From assembly GCA_007695365.1 (NCBI GenBank), contig REDV01000078.1:43562-107561 (forward strand): a DNA stretch of 64,000 nt, given 5' to 3'. The notes under the pieces were generated by a model. The model searched no databases. It saw only the letters and a program-made list of their open reading frames with translations, and was not told the DNA's origin. The position numbers and the translations under genes were made by a program. The stretch comes from Cryomorphaceae bacterium. Lineage in GTDB: Bacteria > Bacteroidota > Bacteroidia > Flavobacteriales_D > SKUL01. How positions within the stretch are numbered: the first letter of the stretch is position 1; every line of letters begins with the position of its first letter. Shown here in pieces: positions 46,831-55,426 of this stretch.

Positions 46831-48080
46831 CAACGCGACTGGCCACAGCAGCAGCCGATTCAGCGCTGGTTCAGAGCCTGCACGCCTCCTATGGAGAGCA
46901 CTATGGCCCTGTAGAGCAGGAGCAGCGGCTCGCTTCGCTCAACGACCTCGATGAGCTCGCCTTCCCCACATCCAAAACAGAGTTCTGGAAGTACACCCGT
47001 GTGAACAGACTCCTCAAGCAGGACGTGGCCTTTCAGCCGGATGAGCGCGCCGAAGATGCTCCCGCGATTGAAGGACTGAATGCGGTGCGCATACACATCC
47101 GCAACGGACACGCAGGGCAAAATACCAGTCTGCCCGACGGTGTGGATGTTAGGGTTTTGGGTGCGGGAGCTGAACTACCGGAGTCGTTCGGTGCCCTGGC
47201 GCAACCCAGGCACCACGTGATGGAAGCCATGAACACCGCCTTCTGCCCGGAAATCCTTGTGCTGCGCATTGCCCCAAACAAGAAGATTGAGGATGTCATT
47301 GAACTCAGTTTTACCGCCAGCAACGGAAGCGTGCATCAACCCCGTGTGATGATTGACGCCGGAGCCGGTTCATCGGCCACCGTGTTGATGCGATACAGCT
47401 CACCCAATGGAGCAACGGGTTTTACCAACAGCTTGAGCGAAATACACGTAGGAGCAAATGCCCGACTCAATGTGTTCAAAATGGAGCACGAGGGCAACCA
47501 ATGGTTCCACCACAGCGCAGACTACGCAAGGATATTCGATGGTGGTCACTTCGAAATTGTAACCGCACCCGAAAGCGGCGGCTGGACCCGCAACAACCTC
47601 AGAATACGCCTCGACGGCAAGCAGGCTTTTGCGCGCCTCAACGGATTGTACCTTCTGGAGGGCAATCGCCACCTGGACAACAACACTTTTGTAGATCACG
47701 CCGTGCCGCATTGCGACTCGTCGGAATTGTACAAAGGCGTGCTGTACGACGAAAGCACTGCTGTGTTTAACGGAAAAGTGATTGTGCGTCCGGACGCGCA
47801 GAAAACCAATGCTTTTCAACAGAACAACAACCTGGTGCTGTCAGAAAATGCGCAGCAATTCTCCAAGCCCGAGCTGGAAATTTATGCCGACGATGTGAAA
47901 TGCAGCCACGGCTCAACCACGGGCCAGATGGACGAAGAAGCTATTTTCTACCTTCAATCACGTGCTATTGACAAGACCGAAGCCACGCGTATGCTGGTGG
48001 CGGCCTTTGCAGCAGAGGTCATAGATCAGGTAGAGAACGAAGCCATTCGAAGCTATTTTTACGACAAGTTCACCCAATAA
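46827..48080 (+). CDS. sufD: Fe-S cluster assembly protein SufD
   Basis: ATGA overlap with sufC. Shares the SufB/D C-terminal beta-helix (ELEIYADDVKCSHGSTTGQ). Confidence 0.93.
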   Translation: MTTRLATAAADSALVQSLHASYGEHYGPVEQEQRLASLNDLDELAFPTSKTEFWKYTRVNRLLKQDVAFQPDERAEDAPAIEGLNAVRIHIRNGHAGQNTSLPDGVDVRVLGAGAELPESFGALAQPRHHVMEAMNTAFCPEILVLRIAPNKKIEDVIELSFTASNGSVHQPRVMIDAGAGSSATVLMRYSSPNGATGFTNSLSEIHVGANARLNVFKMEHEGNQWFHHSADYARIFDGGHFEIVTAPESGGWTRNNLRIRLDGKQAFARLNGLYLLEGNRHLDNNTFVDHAVPHCDSSELYKGVLYDESTAVFNGKVIVRPDAQKTNAFQQNNNLVLSENAQQFSKPELEIYADDVKCSHGSTTGQMDEEAIFYLQSRAIDKTEATRMLVAAFAAEVIDQVENEAIRSYFYDKFTQ

Positions 48081-48081
48081 T

Positions 48082-49332
48082 ATGGCACACACCCTGGAGG
48101 CACCCGGTTCATTTACAGCATTCGCGGAAGGTATCCGCAAGCAGTTTCCACTGCTCAATCAGCAGGTAAACGGGCGCCCTTTGGTGTATTTCGACAACGC
48201 TGCTACCACTCAAAAGCCCGTGCAGGTGATTGAGGCCATGAATCGCTATTATCGCGAGTACAACAGCAATGTGCACCGCGGTGTGCACCACCTGAGTCAG
48301 GTAGCCACCGACGCCATGGAGCAGGTGCGTCTCCAGATGGCCGGTTTTCTGGGAGCATCGCGGCACGAAGAAATCATTTTCACCTCAGGTTGCACGGGGG
48401 GTATTAACCTTGCAGCGCACATCATGGGTCGCGCTTATTTGCGTCCCGGCGATGAAATCCTGCTCACCGAAATGGAGCACCACAGCAACATTGTTCCGTG
48501 GCAACTGGCAGCAGAAATCAGCGGGGCCATCATCAAAGTGATTCCGGTGCTCGAAGACGGCACACTCGACCTGGAGGCCTGCCAAACACTTTTATCACCC
48601 CGCACCAAAGTAGTAGCCTTTGTGCACGTTTCCAATGCCCTGGGCACGATTAACCCTGCTGCTGAGATTATCTCCATGGCTAAAAATGTGGGGGCACTCA
48701 CGCTCGTGGACGGAGCCCAGGCACTGGCACACGAGCGGGTAAACGTGCAAAACCTTAACTGCGATTTTTACGTGACTTCCGCCCACAAGCACTATGGCCC
48801 CACAGGCATGGGTGTACTATACGGGCGCTATGAGCTGCTGGAAAAACTACCCCCCTACCAAGGTGGTGGAGAAATGATTGACCGCGTTACGTTTGATCGC
48901 ACCACTTACAACACCCCTCCGTTTAAATTCGAAGCCGGAACTCCAAATATTGCAGGAATCATTGGCATGGGAGCTTCTATCCAATGGCTGCTGGAGCAAG
49001 ATATTGATCAAGTGAAGGCCTACGAACACGAGTTGCTTGCGTATGCCACCCAGACCCTCTCGGAAATCGAGGGCTTTGTTCCGGTTGGAACGGCGGCTGA
49101 CAAGGCCGCAGTAGTTTCCTTTAACCTGAAAGGAGTACATCACTACGACGTGGGCGTGCTGCTCGACAAAATGGGGCTGGCGCTGCGCACAGGCCATCAC
49201 TGCACCCAACCGCTGATGGATCGCTACGCCATTGAAGGTACCGTGCGTGCCTCGTTTGCGCCCTACAACACTTTTGAAGAAATTGACCGTTTGGTGGAGG
49301 CACTTCGCAAAGCCCAACAAATGCTGAGTTAA
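48082..49332 (+). CDS. sufS: Cysteine desulfurase SufS (class II, PLP-dependent)
   Basis: FDNAATTQKP. PLP-lysine SAHKHYGPTG. Active-site RTGHHCTQPLM. Confidence 0.95.
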   Translation: MAHTLEAPGSFTAFAEGIRKQFPLLNQQVNGRPLVYFDNAATTQKPVQVIEAMNRYYREYNSNVHRGVHHLSQVATDAMEQVRLQMAGFLGASRHEEIIFTSGCTGGINLAAHIMGRAYLRPGDEILLTEMEHHSNIVPWQLAAEISGAIIKVIPVLEDGTLDLEACQTLLSPRTKVVAFVHVSNALGTINPAAEIISMAKNVGALTLVDGAQALAHERVNVQNLNCDFYVTSAHKHYGPTGMGVLYGRYELLEKLPPYQGGGEMIDRVTFDRTTYNTPPFKFEAGTPNIAGIIGMGASIQWLLEQDIDQVKAYEHELLAYATQTLSEIEGFVPVGTAADKAAVVSFNLKGVHHYDVGVLLDKMGLALRTGHHCTQPLMDRYAIEGTVRASFAPYNTFEEIDRLVEALRKAQQMLS

Positions 49333-49334
49333 CC

Positions 49335-49784
49335 ATGGGAAACGCAGTTGAAAACGAAATATCAGAAATCAACCGCCGTCAGGACGAGGTCATTGAAGAA
49401 TTTGCCCTGTTTGACGATTGGATGGATAAATACGACCACCTGATTAGTTTGGGCAAGGAATTGCCATTGATTGACGAATCACTCAAAACCGACGACCGCA
49501 TCATACGCGGCTGCCAGTCGAAAGTTTGGCTCGACGCCGGAATGGAAGACGGCAAAGTGCAGTTCACTGCCGACAGCGATGCCATCATCACCAAGGGAAT
49601 TATTGCTACGCTGGTGCGAGTGCTCAACGGCAACACACCGGCCGGCATTCTCGAAACGGATTTGTACTTTATTGACCGCATCGGGCTGAAGGAACACCTT
49701 TCACCTACGCGCAGCAACGGCCTGCTTGCCATGGTGAAGCAAATGAAAATATACGCATTGGCATTTCAGGCCAAAAACGACTAA
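49335..49784 (+). CDS. sufE: Sulfur acceptor protein SufE
   Basis: 149 aa. Conserved IRGCQSKVWL persulfide-acceptor Cys motif. Confidence 0.9.
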   Translation: MGNAVENEISEINRRQDEVIEEFALFDDWMDKYDHLISLGKELPLIDESLKTDDRIIRGCQSKVWLDAGMEDGKVQFTADSDAIITKGIIATLVRVLNGNTPAGILETDLYFIDRIGLKEHLSPTRSNGLLAMVKQMKIYALAFQAKND

Positions 49785-49794
49785 ACCGAGAGGT

Positions 49795-50115
49795 ATGGAT
49801 TTCCAGGAAAAACAGATTCTTGAGCAAAAGGTGATTTCAGTGCTGAAAAGCATCTACGACCCCGAGATTCCTGTGGATATCTACGAGCTGGGGCTCATTT
49901 ACGAAATCAATTTTGGCGAGGATCGGGGGGTTGCCATAACCATGACCCTTACCTCGCCCAACTGCCCGGTTGCCGAGTCGTTGCCGCGCGAGGTTGAAGA
50001 AAAAGTAGCAAGCATTGAGGAGGTTCCATCGGCACAGGTGGAGATTGTATTTGAACCACCGTGGAACAAAGACATGATGAGCGAGGAGGCACAGTTGGAA
50101 CTCGGATTTATGTAG
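49795..50115 (+). CDS. sufT: SUF-system Fe-S assembly protein SufT (DUF59/MIP18 family)
   Basis: 106 aa. DPEIPVDIYELGLIY and LTSPNCPVAESL motifs. Confidence 0.88.
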   Translation: MDFQEKQILEQKVISVLKSIYDPEIPVDIYELGLIYEINFGEDRGVAITMTLTSPNCPVAESLPREVEEKVASIEEVPSAQVEIVFEPPWNKDMMSEEAQLELGFM

Positions 50116-50118
50116 GCC

Positions 50119-50625
50119 ATGGCAGAAGAAATCGTTAATAAAGTAGCCAAAAGCGGGCTGATTACCCTTGATCTTGGGGAACTCGCTCCGAAGGCCGACA
50201 TTGTATCTTTCGACCTGGCCGAGCACCTATGGCAGGGCTTGGTGCTGAAAGAGCAAGACTTTCGGGACATGATAAAAACCCACGACTGGAGCCAGTACCA
50301 GGATCAGCATGTGGCGGTTTTCTGCTCGGCCGATGCCATTGTGCAGGATTGGGCCTACATGCTCGTTGCCTCAGCCCTTCAGCCTTACGCCAAGCGTGTG
50401 GAGATTGAAACTCCTGAAGCCTTTCGCAGCATGTTGTTTCTCGATGTCATTCGCGCATTGAAACCCGATGAATACCGCGATGCCCGTTTAGTGGTAAAAG
50501 GCTGTGGAGATGTAAAGGTGCCTCCGGCGGCATTTGCAGCAGTTGTAAGTCATCTGCAACCCGTTGTAAAGGCCTTGATGTATGGAGAACCTTGCTCAAC
50601 CGTGCCGGTTTACAAGCGCAAATAA
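50119..50625 (+). CDS. DUF2480-family protein
   Basis: EIVNKVAKSGLITLDL, FCSADAIVQDWAYML, VVKGCGD and MYGEPCSTVPVYKRK match the recalled DUF2480 pattern. Starts 3 nt after the sufT stop. Confidence 0.75.
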   Translation: MAEEIVNKVAKSGLITLDLGELAPKADIVSFDLAEHLWQGLVLKEQDFRDMIKTHDWSQYQDQHVAVFCSADAIVQDWAYMLVASALQPYAKRVEIETPEAFRSMLFLDVIRALKPDEYRDARLVVKGCGDVKVPPAAFAAVVSHLQPVVKALMYGEPCSTVPVYKRK

Positions 50626-50652
50626 GCAGACCCTTAGTACACCTGGTCCGAG

Positions 50653-50684
50653 GTTGAACCAAAGTTCTGTTCAACTGATTTTTT
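50653..50684 (+). terminator. Rho-independent terminator after the suf/DUF2480 cluster
   Basis: GTTGAAC-CAAAGTTCT-GTTCAAC followed by TGATTTTTT. Confidence 0.7.
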
Positions 50685-50694
50685 CACGATTCAG

Positions 50695-50715
50695 GCGGGC
50701 TCAAACCCGCTTTAA
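50695..50715 (+). terminator. Second, weaker terminator-like hairpin in tandem
   Basis: GCGGG-CTCAAA-CCCGC followed by TTTAATTCTGATTTT. Confidence 0.4.
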
Positions 50716-50756
50716 TTCTGATTTTCCGGCTTAGGCAGTGTCGGGTTGTTAATAAA

Positions 50757-51059
50757 ATGCAGACAACAAATAAGGCCGAACAGCGTATCTTGGACACGCA
50801 CTCAAAAGTGTTTAACATGACCCGCCACGATTTATCGCTATACTATAATCGTCACTGCCGCCTCAAACTGAAGTCGGGCAAGGAGGTTTTTGGCGTAATC
50901 TGGGAGCACGACAGCGACGAAGACAAACTCTATTTTGCAAGCCACGGCGACCACAAAGCTTACCGTCAAACCATTGCGCTGCAGCAGCCGGCCAGAAATC
51001 ACCGATGGGCTCAGGTGGTGAATGCAGATGATATCATCGCCGCAGAATCTCTTCAATAG
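50757..51059 (+). CDS. Hypothetical protein (100 aa)
   Basis: Isolated ATG ORF between two terminator-like regions. No family recognised and no promoter box seen. Confidence 0.45.
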   Translation: MQTTNKAEQRILDTHSKVFNMTRHDLSLYYNRHCRLKLKSGKEVFGVIWEHDSDEDKLYFASHGDHKAYRQTIALQQPARNHRWAQVVNADDIIAAESLQ

Positions 51060-51201
51060 CCGTTTTAAACAATCTGTGATGCGCTGCGTTTTCTCACCGA
51101 ACGTTTGCGGCTAACCGCTTACACGACTGATTATTCGTCTGTCAAAAAAAGAGGGCTATCAACGTTCAAAACCTGAATTTTGGCACAAACTCACCCACCG
51201 C

Positions 51202-53577
51202 ATGAAACGCGCACTAAGTATCTTTTTCTTTCTGGCAATTTTAACGAACGTCTTTGCACAGAAATACACACTCAGTGGGCATATTACCGATGAATCGAGC
51301 GGTGAAGAACTCATTGGCGCTGCCCTTTTCATTCAAGAAACAAGGGGAGGAGCGGTTACCAACCTCTACGGTTTTTATTCACTGACCCTTCCTGCGGGTA
51401 CCTACAATCTTGAGTACACTTTTGTAGGGTTTGCCAGCAAAAAAATGACCATTGAACTCAACCAGGATATGCGCATTGATGTAGAGCTATCGTCCAAAGA
51501 CCTCGAGCTTCAGGAAGTGGAAATCACGGCTGAGCGGGAAGATCGAAACGTGCGCAGCATAGAAATGAGTGTAGAACGGCTCGAAATGAAGACCGTGAAA
51601 AAGGTTCCGCAGTTTTTGGGCGAAGTGGATGTAATACGTACTATTCAACTTTTGCCCGGTGTAAGCACTGTGGGCGAGGGAGCCATCGGTTTCAACGTGC
51701 GGGGGGGGAACATTGACCAGAACCTTATTCTGATTGACGAGGCGCCTGTGTACCAATCATCGCACCTGTTTGGCTTTTTCTCGGTGTTCAATGCCGACGC
51801 GGTGAAAGATTTCAAACTATACAAAGGAGGCATTCCGGCTAAATACGGTGGGCGCCTGTCGAGCGTGCTCGACGTACGCCAAACCGAAGGAAATCTCAAG
51901 AAATTCAAAGGCTCGGGGGGCGTGGGTTTGATTTCGAGCAGACTGATGCTTGAAGGGCCTATTGCCAAAGACAAAGCTTCGTTTATGGTTTCGGGGCGGC
52001 GCTCCTATGCCGACCTGTTTTTTCCGCTGTTTGAGGATTTGCGCGGCAACGTATTCTACTTCTATGACCTCAACCTGAAAGTGAACTACAAAATCAACGA
52101 TAACAACCGCATCTTCCTTTCTGGGTATTTTGGCGATGATGTCTTTGATTTCGACGGAAACTTCGCTGCACGCTGGGGAAACGGCACCGGTAGTGCCCGC
52201 TGGAATCACATCTTCAACAGCAAGTTGTTTCTCAACACCACACTGGTTTACAGCAAGTACGACTATTCATTGGGGGTTCCTACCGGTTTTCAGGCTTTTG
52301 AATGGAAAGCCGGCATCCAGAACTACAACGCCAAGATGGATTTTAGCTTTTTTCCCAATCCCAACAACACCATAGAATTTGGCTGGAATGCACTGTTTTA
52401 TGTTTTCGACCCCGGGGCTACCCGAGGCACCAGTCCTGAATCCATCTTTGCCGAAGTGGGTGTAGATCGCAAACGCGCCGTTGAACCCGCCATCTATGTA
52501 AGCAATACCCAGAGTGTAACCGATCAGCTTACGGTGCAGTACGGCCTGCGTTATTCCATGTTTATGAACTACGGCCCGCAAACGGTGTATCAGTACGCAG
52601 AGGGTATGCCGCTTCGCCCGGAAAACATTGTGGACACCCTTGAATACGGCCGCGGTGATATCATCAAAACCTACAGCGGGCTGGATGGGCTTGAGCCCCG
52701 GCTTTCGGTAAACTACACCATCAACAACCGGCACTCAGTAAAAGCCAGTTACAACCGAATGAGGCAGTACATTCACCTGATTTCCAACACAACGGCTGCC
52801 ACTCCTATTGATGTATGGGCACCCAGCGACACCTACATCGAGCCCTCAACCGTAGATCAGGTGGCCCTGGGCTATTTCCGAAATTTCAAGGACAATATGT
52901 TTGAGCTGAGCGTTGAAGGTTACTACAAGAAGTTCAGCAATATTTTTGATTACCGCGACGGCGCAGAACTGCTCCTGAACGACAAGCTTGAAACAGACCT
53001 CCTTCCCGGTGAGGGTGAAGCCTACGGTATCGAGTTCATGCTCCGCAAAACCAAGGGCAAGCTCACAGGCTGGTTGAGTTACACCCTTTCCCGCACCGAT
53101 CGCACCATCCCGGGCATCAACAACGGCAATCCCTTTCCGAGTAACTGGGATAAGCTCCACGACCTGAGTCTTGTGCTAAGCTACGACTTTGACGACAGGT
53201 GGAATGTATCCACCAATTTCGCGTACATGACGGGGCGGCCCATCACCTTTCCCGACGGACGATATGAGTTCAACGGTATTATCGTGCCCAATTTCGCCAA
53301 TCGCAACGGGGCCCGCACCCCCGATTACCACCGCTTGGATTTATCGGTGACCTACACTAAGCCCAAGGACAAAGCCAAAAAGATATTCTTCTTCTTCAAT
53401 AAACCCGAAGACTGGACATCATCATGGGTGTTTACCGTGTACAACGCCTACGGGCGGCAAAACCCCTACAGCGTTTTCTTCCGGCAGAACGAAGAAAACC
53501 CCATGATTACAGAGGCTGTTCAACTCTCTATTTTCGGCTCGGTTATTCCGGCCATCACCTATAATTTCAGTTTCTGA
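51202..53577 (+). CDS. TonB-dependent receptor with carboxypeptidase-regulatory-like N-terminal domain
   Basis: Signal peptide present. YTLSGHITDESSGEELIGAALF (CarbopepD_reg). Plug motif FNVRGGNIDQNLILIDEAPVY. Barrel ends ...ITYNFSF. Contains a G8 run at 51701-51708. Confidence 0.88.
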   Translation: MKRALSIFFFLAILTNVFAQKYTLSGHITDESSGEELIGAALFIQETRGGAVTNLYGFYSLTLPAGTYNLEYTFVGFASKKMTIELNQDMRIDVELSSKDLELQEVEITAEREDRNVRSIEMSVERLEMKTVKKVPQFLGEVDVIRTIQLLPGVSTVGEGAIGFNVRGGNIDQNLILIDEAPVYQSSHLFGFFSVFNADAVKDFKLYKGGIPAKYGGRLSSVLDVRQTEGNLKKFKGSGGVGLISSRLMLEGPIAKDKASFMVSGRRSYADLFFPLFEDLRGNVFYFYDLNLKVNYKINDNNRIFLSGYFGDDVFDFDGNFAARWGNGTGSARWNHIFNSKLFLNTTLVYSKYDYSLGVPTGFQAFEWKAGIQNYNAKMDFSFFPNPNNTIEFGWNALFYVFDPGATRGTSPESIFAEVGVDRKRAVEPAIYVSNTQSVTDQLTVQYGLRYSMFMNYGPQTVYQYAEGMPLRPENIVDTLEYGRGDIIKTYSGLDGLEPRLSVNYTINNRHSVKASYNRMRQYIHLISNTTAATPIDVWAPSDTYIEPSTVDQVALGYFRNFKDNMFELSVEGYYKKFSNIFDYRDGAELLLNDKLETDLLPGEGEAYGIEFMLRKTKGKLTGWLSYTLSRTDRTIPGINNGNPFPSNWDKLHDLSLVLSYDFDDRWNVSTNFAYMTGRPITFPDGRYEFNGIIVPNFANRNGARTPDYHRLDLSVTYTKPKDKAKKIFFFFNKPEDWTSSWVFTVYNAYGRQNPYSVFFRQNEENPMITEAVQLSIFGSVIPAITYNFSF

Positions 53578-54437
53578 TGAAGACGCAAATTACTTTCATT
53601 GGCCTTTTGATGGCTGTGGCTTTTGGGCAAACAGCCTGCGAAAAAGTGATTGATCTGGATGTGCCCGAAGGCGAGGTACAACTTGTGGTGGATGGCTGGC
53701 TCACAGACCATGAAGATACGGTTCAATACCTCATTCTCACAACCACAGCTCCCTATTTTGAAGACAAGCCTACGCCGCGTGTATCCAGTGCCAACGTAAC
53801 CATTCACACCTACGAGGGCGAAACCCTTATTGAATCTACTGGCATGCCCGAAGACCCCAATAAGCCGGGTCACTACCCATTTCCTTTTCCGGCCGAAATC
53901 GGCAAAGGCTACCAGGTTGAAATTGATGCCCCGCCTTTTCCGCCGGCGATAAGCGACATTCAGCAAGTGCTCGAAGTGCCGCCCATTCTGGACATTTTCT
54001 GGGAAGAGGCCTCTCCTGACTTTCAGGATTCTTTGGCCATTTACCGCGTGTTTATCTCCACTTTTGAATTTCCGGGCCCCGGCGACTTTTATCGTTGGTT
54101 CATTTTCGTAGATGGAGAATTTCAGAATGCCCCTTTCAATATCTACGTTCAGAACGACCTGCTTGTTGACGGCATGAACCTACCCAAGTTCTCTGTAACC
54201 AGCACACGCTATCGTTTTGGGCAACGCGTGCGTATTGTACAGAGCCGCATCAATGAAAACGCCTACGATTTCCTGTCGCTACTGCGTTTTCAAACCGCCT
54301 TTATCGGCTCTCCGTTTGATACGCCGCCCGCACCACTTGTGGGGAATGTTCGGTTTATGGATAGCGACCGAACCGCGCTGGGGTTCTTCAGCGTTTCGGC
54401 AACGAGCGAAGCCGAGGTGGTGGTTGGTGTGGATTAA
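53577..54437 (+). CDS. DUF4249-family lipoprotein (partner of the preceding TonB-dependent receptor)
   Basis: The ATG shares one nt with the receptor stop (TGATG). Lipobox-like AFGQTAC. The receptor-plus-DUF4249 pairing is a recurrent Bacteroidota arrangement, from recollection. Confidence 0.65.
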   Translation: MKTQITFIGLLMAVAFGQTACEKVIDLDVPEGEVQLVVDGWLTDHEDTVQYLILTTTAPYFEDKPTPRVSSANVTIHTYEGETLIESTGMPEDPNKPGHYPFPFPAEIGKGYQVEIDAPPFPPAISDIQQVLEVPPILDIFWEEASPDFQDSLAIYRVFISTFEFPGPGDFYRWFIFVDGEFQNAPFNIYVQNDLLVDGMNLPKFSVTSTRYRFGQRVRIVQSRINENAYDFLSLLRFQTAFIGSPFDTPPAPLVGNVRFMDSDRTALGFFSVSATSEAEVVVGVD

Positions 54438-54481
54438 CCTATCAGGCCAACCACAAAATTTGACGGCTCCCTCCACTTAGG

Positions 54482-54847
54482 TCAGGCTTCCCGAAGGATT
54501 TTCTCCATTTTCCTGCCGTTGGCGAGCTCGTCCACAAGCTTGTCGAGGTAGCGCACCTGCCGGGTTACAGGGTTGTTGATTTCCTCAATGCGATATCCGC
54601 AAATCACGCCAGTAATCTGCTCAGCCCTGGGGTTCAGTCTGGCCCTTTCGAAGAAGGTTTCGAAGGAGACGTTCTCATCAATCAGTTTTTGAATATCCGC
54701 TTCGTCAAATCCCGTGAGCCACTCAATTACCTGGTGCAACTCTTCTACACTCCTGCCTTTGCGTTCAACCTTGGTTACATAGTGCGGATACACCGATGCA
54801 AAGGTCATGGCGGCCATTCGCGCGTTGTGCTCGGGGGTGGTTTTCAT
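54482..54847 (-). CDS. DUF2200-family protein
   Basis: MKTTPEHNARMAAMTFASVYPHYVTKVERKGRS...VIEWLTGF matches the recalled family N-terminus. ATG 54847 is preferred over ATG 54877, which would overlap the upstream gene. Confidence 0.7.
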   Translation of the reverse strand: MKTTPEHNARMAAMTFASVYPHYVTKVERKGRSVEELHQVIEWLTGFDEADIQKLIDENVSFETFFERARLNPRAEQITGVICGYRIEEINNPVTRQVRYLDKLVDELANGRKMEKILREA

Positions 54848-54860
54848 AGGCTCAATGGGA

Positions 54861-55391
54861 CTACACAAACCGCGCATCCGTCTCCATTACGGTGCCGCAT
54901 TGATTGCAGGTTCGGAGCGATTCGGATCCGTAAAACTCGCGGAAACGAGGTAAAAAGTCTTGCTCAATATTGGTGAGCGGAAAATAGGTTTCGTGCAATT
55001 TGTGGTTGCAATTATCACAAAACCAAAGTAGCCCGTCCTTCATGTCGGTGCCCTTGCGTACGCGCTCAATCACGAGCCCCACGGAGTTTTCGCTTCGTAT
55101 GGGTGAGTGCGGAATTTTGGCCGGAAGCAAAAACATTTCTCCGGCTTTAATCGGTACCTCCACCGCTTTACCATCCACCTGAATTTTCACAAGAATGTCG
55201 CCCTCAAGCTGGTAAAAAAGCTCCTCGGTTTCGTTGTAGTGATAATCCTTGCGGGCATTGGGGCCACCCACAATCATCACGATGTAATCGCCTGCTTCGG
55301 TGTAGAGGTTTTTGTTGCCAACCGGTGGCTTGAGCAAGTCGCGGTTTTCGTCAATCCACGCCTGAAGGTTAAAGGGAAGTCGAATATTCAT
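54861..55391 (-). CDS. nbaC: 3-hydroxyanthranilate 3,4-dioxygenase (cupin; kynurenine/NAD pathway)
   Basis: PPVGNKNLY..., DYHYNETEELFYQLEGD and IPHSPIR. C-terminal CDNC...CNQC rubredoxin-like site. ATG 55391 (MNIRLPFNLQAW) is preferred over the track start. Confidence 0.88.
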   Translation of the reverse strand: MNIRLPFNLQAWIDENRDLLKPPVGNKNLYTEAGDYIVMIVGGPNARKDYHYNETEELFYQLEGDILVKIQVDGKAVEVPIKAGEMFLLPAKIPHSPIRSENSVGLVIERVRKGTDMKDGLLWFCDNCNHKLHETYFPLTNIEQDFLPRFREFYGSESLRTCNQCGTVMETDARFV

Positions 55392-55426
55392 GTTGCTGCA
55401 TTTGGGATTAAAGGTACAAAACCCGC

